Shown piece by piece: positions 51,757 through 64,000 of a DNA stretch of 64,000 nt. The translations under genes were made by a program, and so were the position numbers. Origin of the DNA: Lama glama (Eukaryota); the NCBI GenBank assembly GCA_028534125.1, contig CM052817.1:78494001-78558000 (forward strand). The letters are read 5' to 3'. A model generated the notes under the pieces. That model ran no database searches, had not been told where the DNA came from, and was given only the letters and a program-made list of their open reading frames with translations. Each line of letters opens with the position of its first letter. The stretch's first letter is position 1.

Positions 51757-54700
51757 GTGACTGAAGGGTAACACAGATGATCAATTAAAACGTTAACCTT
51801 GATCATTTTAAGTGTCATCTTCAAAATTCAGGAAGTACCAGAAGACTTTTAAGAATACAGTCTTTAAGAAGTTTCAGGGTTTACAGCATTCATCTGAAGT
51901 AGTTTAATATTAGAGAGACTCTCTAATATTAAAGCCACATACTTAAGACTGTTTACCTAAAGATTTGGAAGAGCTTCTTAAAAATGACATTTTTAATTAA
52001 TGTCAATGGACAATATTCTTGGGAATATGGAAGGATGTAAATATCACACAAACATCAGCCAAAGATTAAGATTGTTTCAGTGATACAAACCAAAATTTCA
52101 AGCAAAGATAGGGAAAATCCGAATAAAGCATTTCATATGCATCCAAGTTGAGCAAGGGGCATGCAGAGGAAAAAAAGTAAAACAATTGATTTTCAATGGA
52201 TTGTGGCTTCAGTAGGAACATGTGAGAATAGGGACCATTTAGTTATTGTGGTTCTGAGCAAAAGATGCAGCAACTTTGGGCTTCACTGGGTCCTATGCTC
52301 CCTGGGGGACTGTGTGTTGAGAATGATGGCTTTTCAGAATTATGACACTCTTTCTCAGTGACTAAGTGCCCCTTAATGGTCAATATGGTCAACATTGCAA
52401 GATGGCCAACTGCAACCGTGCAAGGTGTCACCCTTGGTGACACCTTTAAAAGTGACAAGTGAAACCTTAGGCTGGGGGAGGCTGGGGGAAGCTGTGTGGG
52501 GGCTGTTGGTGAGTTTTTAAAAAGTTATGCAATATATTGCATATAAATATACAAATATATTTGGAAGGATAAACAAGAAATGATAACATCTGTTGCCCCT
52601 AGTGAGGGGAGCTGAATGGCTGGGGGACAGGAGTGAAGGAAAGACTGGCCTTTCGCTGGGTACCCGTTTGTATTTTTTTGATTGTGTACAAAGTTTGTAC
52701 TATACCTACTGAAAAATTTTAAAAAGCCAACTAAATATTTAATTTATATTTGTATTTCCCTTTACAGTTTCCAAATGGCTCTTCTTTCTGTAATTCTCTC
52801 TGCTCCTCACTTAAAACCTGTGAGGTAAATATGACAGGATTCTTCTGGTTTTATGCATGGAAACCTGAGGGTCTAAAGGCCTGGCTTCTTCACTCTCAGG
52901 CAAACATTTAGGCTTAGTTTGAAGACCAGATTTTCTTACTCCAAATGGTTCTTTCTGTCATGTCTAACTGACTTATGTGTGCTCAGGACTACAAAATAGA
53001 TTGGGGAGAAAGAAAATCAGCCTTTACAAGAGAGTTTACAGGCCAGGTTCCGGCCTACGTACCTATGCATGCAGGTGTCTGCATCTGGTGGAAAGACTGT
53101 TGCTGTAGCCACAGTAATCTGCAGACCAAAGCTCCAGGCTATATGAATTAAATCATGTACTTAGTAATGATAGACCTCTCTTACTATCCCAGGGCTGAGG
53201 ACCTTATATGCATTATTTGAGGTCTTAACTAAAAGATTATGAACAGGCATTCTCCCCATTTTCCAGATGGGGAAACTGAGGTACAGAAAAGTTACATAAC
53301 CAACATACTAGTTTAGAAAAATTGTAAGACAAAGATTTGTCTTCAATTCATCTTTCCCAAATCCCATTCTTTTTTTCCAAGGCATTGAGCTAGATGCTCC
53401 AATGGATCGGTATGTAAGAAAGTGAGTGTCTCCAAAATAGAAGGGTGCCCTGCGGAGTGTGGAGAGGAGTGGATGATGAGGCAGAGAGGAGACAAGTGCC
53501 ATGAAAACTCTAACACTGATGAATCCTAGTATTACAAAAGAAGTCTAAGCAAATGCCATAAGGGTTTAAAGGAAGGAAGAAGGAAGCAATCTTAGTCTTC
53601 TTCAGGTGAGTTAGACATGGCTTCATTCATGAGAGAGCCAGAGTGAAATAGGCATTGAAGACTTACAAGGAGACAAAGTATGGAGTAGACTTGGAGTCAT
53701 GAAAGGGAGGAAAGCAAAACATGGCAGATGGAATACATGGATGCTTGAATGACTGGCCAGTGTCTACAACATAAAGTATGTTAATAAAAAAATGTTGTTG
53801 CCTTCCCTAGGTGAGGTCTCTTAAGTTGCAGGAGCACTAGCCAATTTGCTGGTGACCAAAGCCTCTCAGGGGAAAATAGTATAAAAACAAACACATAAAC
53901 AAATTTTAAATTGTTGAATGAGTGGATGTAAAGTGACAAAGAAGGAAAAAAAGCACAAGAACCCCTCCCCTGCCCCCAATTTTCTACCATTTTGGCTGAG
54001 TTCCAAGTTACATTGTTATCTTATTGTAGTAATTATTCAGTGCTTGATTGTGGTTAAAAGAAAAAAGAAAATCAACATGATTAAAACATGTAAGAATGCT
54101 AAAGTAACGCTTTGCCATGTCAACTGGCTCTCTTCAAGTCCAAGAAGAATGGCAGAATCCAGAACTCCGGCTGCCAAATATCCACTTCCCTCAGCTTGGA
54201 GTAGTTTTCCAACTCTGTTCCCTAGATATTTTGAACCTTTGTAAGGGCTTCAGGGGTTCCACAAACAATGAAGATTTAAATTTCCTGAAATTCTCATTCA
54301 TTGATTTTTACCTGTTGTTTTAATATTGTGATTCCAGATAAGAGTTCAGTAAAAAAAAATCTTTTTAACAACAGTAGCTAGAAAACATGTCATTGAAATG
54401 CTTTCTCAATATTGCAGGAAGACTTAGAAATTCTAAGCCATGCTGAGGGTGTCCACACAAGCTGCAAATGAAAGGAAGTGAGGGTGGTCAGGGACAGTGA
54501 AGTGCAATGGAAAGAGCACTGGGCAGGAAGGTGTGACACATGGGTTCTTCTGTGATCCTACTAACAAGACGGGGGATTTGCCTGGATATGGCAGGGTGAC
54601 CTGCACAATTAAACCTGACCTCTCGGGACTCATTTTTCTCATCTGTGCGATGAGGGAATTGAAAAAAATTGATCCTTGCTTGTCTAGCTATTGCCAGTTA

Positions 54701-55299
54701 GGTACTGAACACTTTCTAGGATTTAATCACACTGCTGTTTACTTATTTCTTCCCTGCAGCTAGCCATTTTGGACAGTTAAAAATGTTACCTTTTATGTGA
54801 ATCTTATAAACTGAGCTGAAGAATTCATTTCCATTTGTAAATGACTAGACTTTTGCAGCATAAAGAAAAGTGATTTCTCTAGTAGTTTAGTATAATCTAT
54901 GATAAATTACTTCTTCAACTTAAATATTATAATGTGTAAATTCATACACAGATTGGGTTTAAAATCATGAATGTATAGAATTTCTCTTAGCCAATTCATT
55001 TATTTGGATCTTCTTAGAGTTCAGTGTTGATTACCCCAGGGTGACCCAAGTGTTATGATGTGGCAATCTGTGTCCATCTATGGACATATGAAAATATAAT
55101 TTGTTAGAATTGCCTTCCTATTTCATGATATGGCTTATGTGTATGACCATGTAATTGATTTGCTTAGATGAAACCATTATCTTACAGTTAGTCACATGGC
55201 AAAAACCAAAACAAAACTATCTAACCAAGACCAGCAGCCCTTTTCTCCCCATTGTGGTAGTTTTGATGGCTTTTTAAAATCCATCACATACTATATACA

Positions 55300-56990
55300 T
55301 TTTCGAGCACCTATGATCTCTTCAATACACATTGATCACTGCTAGGTACCAAGTGTTGTATAGCCATGGTATGCACCATTAGGTTATGGCTGTGCACAGA
55401 ATAGACACAGTCCTGATTCATGAGCATGCAGGTAGGTCAACAGGCAAGAACAATTATGTATGACCTACAAAGTGTAAGATGCCACTAGAGGTACTAGGAC
55501 AAATACCTGACAAACACCTGACCCAGGTGCAGTAAGTTAGTGGAAATTTTCTGCGGGGAGGGGCTACTGAGAGACTTGGTACGTGAGAAGGAGCCAGCCT
55601 TGCAAAGGGGTTGAGAGGTGGATATAAGGGTGATCTAGACATTGGGAGAAGCAGGTGAGTAGGGCCCAAGGTGAGAGAGCACAGCCTGTTGAGGGAACTC
55701 AGAGATGTTAGGAGAGCTGGAATGTTGAGTTTGAAGTGGGTGTGACCACAGATGAGGCCAGAGAAGTCAGCAACAACCAGGTTATGCACACACTCTTGTA
55801 AACTATCTTAAGGAAGTTGGACTTTGTCCTACAAATCACTAGTGTGATTGAAGTATTTGACTGGGGGATGATTTGTATTTGTCAAGTTTACTCAGCTGTC
55901 AGTGTGGAAAAATGAGTTGCCAGAAACCAGGACTGGAGGAAGGGTGATGAGTCAGAAGGCATGGCAGAAATCCAGGTTAGAACTTATGGTGGTCTTACCC
56001 AGGGTAATGGGAGAGAGATTGGAGAACAGGGACCATATGCAAAAAACTTTGATCTTAGAATGAGCAGAGTTCAGTGTTTAGTGGAATATATAGAATATAA
56101 GAGAAGGACAATTCAGGGAAGATACTATGGTTTCTGACTGGGAAACTTGATTTAAAGAACCGCCTTTCAATGCAATGAGAAACAAAACATAAGCAACAGA
56201 TTTGGGTTAAAGGAGAAAATACGATGAGTTTTTCTTGGGACGTGTTGCACTTTGGGTGTGTATGGACCATCCAAACAGAAGAGTCTAGCAGGCTTTATGG
56301 AGGTAAAATATTCAGAAGAGACGTCTAGGCTGGAGATAAAACAAAGATACAAAACCAGTCTAATGGCACCTGAAACTGTGGATTAGGCGACTGTTCAGGG
56401 AAAGTGTGTAGACTCGGAACAGAAAAAAGCCAAGGACAGAACACTGACCAAAGTCCACATTTTAAGAGATGGGTTGAGACTCAGGAAGAAATCCAGGAGC
56501 ATAAAATGTCACAGAAGTTTAAGAGAAGAGAGCACTTGAAAGAGGAAAGAATGGTCAATAGTGTTAGGTGACATAGAGAGGCCAAAAAAAAAAAAAAGTT
56601 TTAAGAAGTACCCATTGGATTCAGCAACCAGAAGATCATTGGTGTCTCTTGTGATAACAGCTTCGTTTGAGTGATGAGGATAGAAGCCAGATCATACAGG
56701 GCTCAGAAATGAGTGAGTGCTGTGGACATGGTGACAGCATGTGTAGGAAATGCTTTCAAGAAGTTTAGCTGTTAAGGGAGAAGAGAGATAGCATGCTAGT
56801 TGCAATGGTGTATCAGTTTGTAAAGAAAGTTTTAGAAGAGACTTGTGCGTGATTTTTTGCTGGTGGGAAGAATCCAATAAAGAAGGAAAAGAGAATAACC
56901 AGCGGCAGGAGATCCCTAAGGAGGTGGGAAGGAGGATATAAGATACAGTGCACTGATGGAGGCTTTAGCCTTTACCAGGAAGAGGCAATC
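55300..56990. mobile_element. L2 LINE fragment(s)
   Basis: Long purine-rich L2-type text, e.g. cagatgaggccagagaagtcagc and cattggattcagcaaccagaagatcattggtg. Confidence 0.55.
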
Positions 56991-57610
56991 CCCCAAGTAT
57001 CAGGAGGATGGAGTGATGATGGTCCAGATGGTCCCAGGTTGGGTAATGGGAGATACTGTGATGAGAGCTTTCAAGATGCAAAGATGAATATGCCAGGATC
57101 CCAGTCCTCTCTCAGTTTGGAAGAGGGAGATAAAACATATGCTAATAATTCTGTTATTAAGTAGAAAGTGATGGATGATGTGAGAGACTTAGAAATCCAA
57201 GGACAAAAATGGTAGCTTACTGAATGAAAAGGTGGTTTCTGATTTGGGGTGGAGTAGAATCTCATAAAGGAGGTAAAATCTGAAATAGTTCTTGAAGTAT
57301 GTGAGGAACTCAGAGGTGTAGGGCATTGGAGTCAATGGCTCACACTCTCTTGCATTTACTAGTGAAGTAATGTGAGGAGGCTGACTTTAGTGCCACCTTT
57401 GTCATTTATGCCAAACATTAATGGCGTGAAGTCATTTATATAACAAACCATCCCACAGCCTCACAGTAAATTAATTTAGTTGTCTAGTGTTAGGACTGGA
57501 AAATGAGTTTCTAGATATTTCAAAGTATGAAGATTTGATAAGTAAAATTTATACTGTGTGAACTACTTTTGTATTTGTACATATAACATTAAATCCATGC
57601 CTAACGTTTG

Positions 57611-59450
57611 TTATCCCTGGGATATAAGGATGGTTCAACATACACAAATCAATACATCACATTAATAGAAAGAAAGATAAGGATCATATGACCATTTCAA
57701 TAGGTGCAGAAAAAGCATTTGACAAAATTCAACATCCATTCATGATAAAAACTCTAAACAAATTAGGCATAGGAGGAACATATCTCAACATAATAAAGGC
57801 CACATATGACAAGCCTGCGGCTAACATCATACTTATATTTACGGTTGAAAGCTTTTCCTCTAACATCAGGAGCAAAAAAAGAGTGCCAACATTTTGCTCC
57901 TCCTATTCAACATAGTACAGGAGGTCCTAGCTAGAGCAATCTGGCCAGAAAAAAGAAATAAAAGATATCATAATTGGAAAGGAAGAAGTAAATTGTCTTT
58001 ATTTGCAGATGACATGATTTTATATATAGAAAATCCTAAAGACTTNNNNNNNNNNNNNNNNNNNNNNNNNNNNNNNNNNNNNNNNNNNNNNNNNNNNNNN
58101 NNNNNNNNNNNNNNNNNNNNNNNNNNNNNNNNNNNNNNNNNNNNNACTACAAGACATTGATAAAAGAAAGCAAAGAAGATATAAATAAATAGAAAATTAA
58201 CTTGCTCAGGGACTGGAAGAGTTAATATTGTTAAAATGTCAATACTACCAAAAGCCATCTATACATTCAATACAAGACCTATCAGGATTTCAATGGCATT
58301 TTTACAGAAGTAGGAAGAATACTTCTAAAATTTATATGAAACCAGAAAAGACCCTGAGTAGCCCAAGAAATCATAAGAAAGAGGAACAAAGCAGAAGGAA
58401 TTCCGCTTTCTGATTTCAAGCTATTCTATGAAGCTTTAGCCATGAAAACAGCATAGTACTGGCAAAACAAACCAAAACAATCCCCCCAAACCAAAAATAA
58501 AACCAGACAAATAGATTAATGGAACAAAATCAAGAACCCAGGAATAAACCCAAGCATATATGACCAATATTTGACAAGGGAGAAAAGAATACTCAATGGA
58601 GAAAGGACAGTCTCTTTAATAAACGATGCTGGGACAACTGGACATTCACATGGAAAACACTGGAAAACAGTATGGAGGATCCTTGCAAAATTAAAAACAG
58701 AAATACCATATGATCCAGCAATTCCACTTCGGGGAATACATCCAAAAGAAACAAAAACACTAACCTGAAAAAATACCAGTACCCTGGTGTTCATAGCAGC
58801 ATATTTACAATAGCCACAACATGGAAACAACCTAAGTGTTCATTGATGAATGAATGGATAAAGAAGTTTTTACATATATACAAAATGGAATATTATTCAG
58901 CTATTAAAATACAAGGAACATTTGTGACAACATGGATGGATCTTGTAGGCATTATGCTAAGTGAAATTAGTCAGACAAAGACAAATACTGTTTGATCTCA
59001 CTTATCTGTGGAATATATGTATTTTTAAAACTCATAGAAAAAGAGGTCAGACTTGTGCTTACCTAGGTGGAGGGTGGGAGGGAGGAGAAATTGGAGGAAT
59101 GGGATAAAAAGGTACAAACTTCCAGTTATGAGATAAATAAATGCTTGGGATGTAATGTGCAATATGATGGTGAGACCTAACACTGATACATGATATATAG
59201 GCAAGTTGGTGAGAAAATACAAACAGTGTTCATCACAAGGAGACTTTTTTTTCCTTTCTTTTCTTCTTTCTTTTCAGTATCTATATCTATATCTATACGA
59301 GATACTGTATCTATACAAGAAGATGGATGTTAGCTGAACCTATAATGGTAATCATTTCACAATACATGTAAATCAAACCATCATGCTGTATGCCTTAAAC
59401 TTATACAGTAACATGTGTCATTTATTTTCAATATATTGGGGAAAAAACCC
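57611..59450 (+). mobile_element. Degenerate L1 (RT domain to 3' UTR) containing an assembly gap and an internal deletion
   Basis: Frameshifted ORF2 pieces [38 protein letters not shown] (RT catalytic motif) and [13 protein letters not shown], followed by an L1 3' UTR. Confidence 0.93.
58046..58145. other. Assembly gap (100 N)
   Basis: Run of exactly 100 N, a typical unknown-size gap placeholder. Confidence 0.99.
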
Positions 59451-62449
59451 AAAATTTGAATCTTTATTTTGACAAATGATTTCAAGGAAGACCATAAAAT
59501 TGCTGTTAGTTTTTGAGAACCTTAATCTATTTCCTAAATTTTATTAAGTACATTATGTAAGGAAGAACTTTTACTCTTGAAGCTTTAAAAATTATTTTTT
59601 AGTTGTGAGGGCTTTGAAGAAGAACTTTGAGAAAGTATTAATACTATTTCAATTTAATTTTAAAAAATCCTCTTGGGGTCACCTGTGTGGTGGTGAATCA
59701 CTTTGTAGTGTATATAGATGTTGAATTATGATCCTGTACACCTGAAACTTATATAAAAATGATAAAAAAATTCCCCTCAGCTTTCACAGAGGCAAGAAGA
59801 ATCATAGTATTTCCAGTGATATCATGGTGACTCAGACCTGCTTTATGAAACATGTACTCTTTGATATCTGCAATCACTACCTCAAAGAGCTTGCTGAGAA
59901 GCTGCTAGATTTCTCTTCATCAATTGTTGAAAGTGACTTGTGGGATGACAGGTAGAGGAAGCTTATCATTAGGCGGAAGGCCAGAAACCTCCAACTAAAA
60001 TGCTTGCATGTTGCATCGTAACTTTGCTTCCTCAGAATTGTGCTTCCTACAGGTAATAAGTTAATAATTAATTCCAAAGCCATGTTTACTTATAAAACAT
60101 AATATGCCACAAAACATTAAGTAAGTTCTTTTAAAATATTAGTGATTATCATTATAGTAAGAAAGTGAAAAAAACTGCTTTAGAAGCTGAAGTATACTGA
60201 ACTAAGGGTAAATCATGACAAATTTCAGTTAATAAAGAAAATTTTTATTGTCACGTCAGCAACTGCAAACAGGGATGGAATGTAATTTGTAACTTTAGTG
60301 TGCCATTTGCATTAGCAAATAGTAAAATATGCAACTTAAATATAGTTCTGTAAACAGGGCAAGGGTGTGTGAACACACAACCTTATTGTTTCTTTGAGAT
60401 CTTGAGAGACATACGTACTGACGTTTAATCTTTGTGTGTGTGTTTCCACACCTGAGGTTTTATTACCTTTTTAAGTGCTTTAGTTTTAGGGTTTTTATTT
60501 AAATCTCTTTGAATTGTATTTTCCATTTCTGACTCATTAAGCAAGTTCCCTCTGATTTTAAGACACATTTTACAGCTAAGATATTTTCATTTGTTGTCAT
60601 TAAACCTGTGAAATATATTGGAGGAAAAAAGTTTTAAAAAGAGAACTCTGCATTGCTATAGCTTAGTGAAATAATGTGTTAGAGATGTAAAAGTTTTCAG
60701 AAAATAAAAAACATAACGCTTCAAATGGCATGTGTTTTTAAATGGTAATGCTATGTATGTAAAAGGAAAAGAGTTATTTTTAAAAAAGAAATAAAGAAAA
60801 GGCATTATCTACCCGTTTTTATGAGGTAACTTTCAGCGGGAAAAGCTTTCGAAGTGGGTCTCTTCTATGGCATTACCCTTTTTCTTTTGAAACAATAGTT
60901 CCATCTAGTGGACATTTACTTAAAAACAAACCTTTAACTCCAAAAGTTGGTGAAAGTTTTTCTCTTTAATGAGATCAGCATTAAAGGCAAATAACAAGGA
61001 TAATAGCAGAGATAATTTGTTTAAAACATTAAGTTCACAAGCAACAAGGTAGAAACCAAATAATTACGCTGGAAAACAAACAAAAATCTCCATGTGCAAG
61101 TAGAACATTTTCCTATGCTTAGGAACACACTAGAAATTTGTTAAAAATTCAGCTAATTTAATCAATGTGGAGGACCAAAGTAGGTAACACTGACTGTGAT
61201 GAGAAACAAACTATAATATGATTTTTAAAAAAAATCTGGTATTAATGTTTCCAAAAATAGAGAGTAATAGAAATTCATTTGTTCGTTTCAGCAACAATAT
61301 TTATTGGACTTCAACTTCAAATATATGCTGGTCACTTCCTAGCATCTGTGATACTGACAATTGCTTTAGTCCTACAGCAAAGAGAGCTTCCTGTCGGTAT
61401 CAGTGGCCATCTACAGTGAACTTGGAAATTTGAAAACTTGACCTCTGATAATGGCTCTAATTTGCAACACAAGAGCAAAATGGCCCATCTATTCAGAAGT
61501 TTCATTTATCTCTCTAAAAGCTTATTGAAGACCTACAGAGTAAACCTCTAAACATGTTACTTGATTCTGGTTTCATGAACTTGAAACCTAAATCTTGTAT
61601 GGATGGCTCTATGTCAACTAAATCTATAACTCATTTCATAAGACCAAAATGGTTAATTGGATCATTATTTATTTTTGGTTTAGTTTAAAATTAAAATGAT
61701 TAAAGTCTGAGAAAATCTTTTAGAATGTGCAGATTGTTTCCAGGTACAAGCGTCTTTGGATTGAGGCAGGACATTATATATCTCCCCTTATTCCCTTGTG
61801 TTCCTTGACTATGAGTGGCTCAACCCAGAGCAGATAAACTCACTACAGGGCAGCCTTAGGGTGAGTAGAATCTCTGTACTTCTTCTGCACACTCTGGGAC
61901 CATACTGTTCCTGGATTTAGGCATATGAGCTAGGATCCTCCCAGAGATTCTCATATATTTGCAGCATGACAAAATGCCACTTTACAAATATAAAACTGTA
62001 TTTCAGTGGCCTGGCCTATGATTGTCTTCTGTCTGGACCTTAAAAGTCAATCATCCTTGCCCTTTCACTTGCATGGAAGGAGTCTTTGATACCATATAAA
62101 CATTTTTAAAATAGATGGGCCTCAAAGTAATTCATTCATGAATGATCTTAAAATTCTAAAAATATATTCTCCTATGATATTTCTCCAAGTTTTAAACTAG
62201 ACCAGAAGGTAAACTTGATCAAATAGACCTTTTGATAATAAAATATTAAACAGATTCGAAAGTTGGGGAGTGGTGTTGTGACCTAGGCAAGTGATTGAAA
62301 TAAAACTATTAACAGCAATTAGAGGAACACTATTAACAGACACGTGACAATGGGATGAAGAAAGTGGTTCAGTTAGATTCAAAGTGTAGGGGCTGGAGCA
62401 TGTGGCCATTTGGAAGAAATACTCGTGGTTACCAGTTGTCATTGTCTTA

Positions 62450-62665
62450 CTTGTTGCCAAACATTAGACTAGGTGCTTTATATATGCTGTCTCATTCATC
62501 CTCACCACAATCTGTGCAACAGAAATTATTCCATTGATCCATTTAACAGATGAAAAAACTAAGGCCCTAAGCAGTTAAATTGCTTGCCCAAGTTCACATG
62601 GAAAATAGAAGGCAGAAATGATGTTCAATCAGACTCCAAAGCCTTAGCTCATTCTCCTTTACCAG
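62450..62665 (-). mobile_element. MIR SINE
   Basis: ccatttaacagatgaaaaaactaaggcc...gttaaattgcttgcccaagttcaca is the MIR core in reverse. Confidence 0.7.
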
Positions 62666-62774
62666 TAAAACTAGTATTTTTAACCCTCAGATGGAATGCT
62701 GATATAGAAAGCAAATGAAACTTCATGGAAAGCAGTTTGAAACTACTGAATTACTCTAAACAGTGAAAGCTTTC

Positions 62775-63212
62775 CTTGCACAATAGCATTATTCACAGTA
62801 GCCAAAATGTGGAAACAATCCAAGTGTCTGTCAACAGGTAAATGGATGAATAAATGTAGCGTGTACATACCATGGACTAGTATTCAGCCTTTAAAAGGGG
62901 TGAAGTTCTGACACATGCTACAGCAGGATGAACCTTGAAAACATTAAGTGAAATAAGCCAGACACAAAAAGACAAGTATTTTGTGATTTCACCTCTATGA
63001 GGTACATAGGAAGAGTGACTTAATACATATTAAAAAAAAGAATAGAGGTTACCAGAGGCTGTGAGTTGGGGACAGATGGGAAGTTATTATTTAATGAGTA
63101 CAGTTTGGGATGATGAAAAATTCTGGAAGCAGACAATGATGGTTGTTACACAACATAGTGAATGTATTTAATGGTACTGAGTTGAACACTTAAGAATGGT
63201 TAAAATGGTAGC
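62775..63212 (+). mobile_element. Old L1 (L1MB-like) 3' fragment
   Basis: agcattattcacagtagccaaaatgtggaaacaatccaagtgtc...atgaaccttgaaaacattaagtgaaataagccagacacaaaa...aatggttaaaatggta. Confidence 0.85.
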
Positions 63213-63432
63213 TCACACATCCATAAAAGTCAGAAGACAGATCCTGAACTTTTCTGGGACTGAGCTGGGATCCATGGATTCAGCTAAGTCTGGGTACAGA
63301 TAATCAAATGACAGAGGACAGACAAATAGCGTATCCATCTACCTGAGAAAGTGCATTCATTTGCCTAAGAATGGCTGAACCTGCTCCCAGATCAACCCAC
63401 ATACAGGACATATGTTACTTTGCTTTCCCATG

Positions 63433-63690
63433 TGTTCTGGGCTGAATTATGCCGCCCACCCCAATTCATGGGTCGAAGCCCTAATGCCCAGTACCTCAGA
63501 ACATGACTGTATTTAAAGTTAAGACCTTTAAAGGGTGATTAGGTTAAAATGAGACCGTTAGAGTGGGCCCTAATCCAGTCTGACTGGTGTCCTTATAAGA
63601 GGGGGAAATTTGAACACACGAAGAGACACCAGGGAGGCTACAAGTATGAAAACAGCTGAACACGTGGAAATAGCACATTATCTCAGGCAC
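63433..63690 (+). mobile_element. MLT1A-like MaLR LTR fragment
   Basis: tgttctgggctgaatt...cccagtacctcagaacatgactgtattt...gggccctaatccagtctgactggtgtccttataagagg. Confidence 0.8.
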
Positions 63691-64000
63691 AATAGGAAAG
63701 ATCTTTTTGAGTATACATTTTTGAATTGGTTAGGATTTTATACAGAAAAAACTTCTAGCCCAGGGCTCTTTGGGGAGGTATCAATTCTCAGCCTGGTGAC
63801 TGCTCTATTTTTGGCTGTTTTCTTCGTTGTGTCTTTCTCCTTTGCTTCCTTCCGTGTGCTCTGAGTTCCCATCAGGGACCACACTCTTTGCTGAGGGGTT
63901 CAAAAGTGAATCTCAGTAAACACAGTTTCTACCCTCAAGGAGCCCCAGTTTAAGTCGTGGAAAGCCAAGAAGGCCACTGACTTCCTGCAGTGAGTTGAAT

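Noticed and set aside
57688..58768. Reverse-transcriptase ORF fragments as a possible novel RT system
   Set aside because: Ordinary degenerate L1 ORF2 with frameshifts, a deletion and an assembly gap.
1..64000. CRISPR arrays, operons, rRNA genes or a second protein-coding gene
   Set aside because: No regularly spaced repeat-spacer structure, rRNA-like sequence or additional spliceable coding exons were recognised. The window is a single-gene mammalian locus.

Overview
This is mammalian genomic DNA, most likely from a camelid: three short tRNA-derived SINEs resemble the camelid vic-1 family. The window holds one protein-coding gene, NDNF (neuron-derived neurotrophic factor, C4orf31), on the minus strand. 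Its three coding exons (9144-8957, 3391-3267, 2283-890) splice at GT-AG sites into an intact 1707-nt CDS of 568 aa. The 3' UTR runs toward the window start. A ~26-kb first intron leads to a CpG-island promoter at ~35.0-37.75 kb, which has several candidate non-coding first exons and a (CG)11-(CA)n tract. The rest is intronic or intergenic DNA rich in L1, L2, MIR, ERVL/MaLR LTR and DNA-transposon relics, with a 100-N assembly gap at 58046-58145. I see no evidence of a new multi-gene system. The most notable observations are a diverged ~350-bp duplication bracketing the first coding exon, a Kozak context set by first-exon choice, a candidate glycosaminoglycan site at the exon 3/4 junction, a CpG-retaining old LTR upstream, a twin-primed L1 and two perfect inverted repeats. 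Repeat-family names come from recall of consensus sequences, and repeat boundaries are approximate unless TSDs are given.
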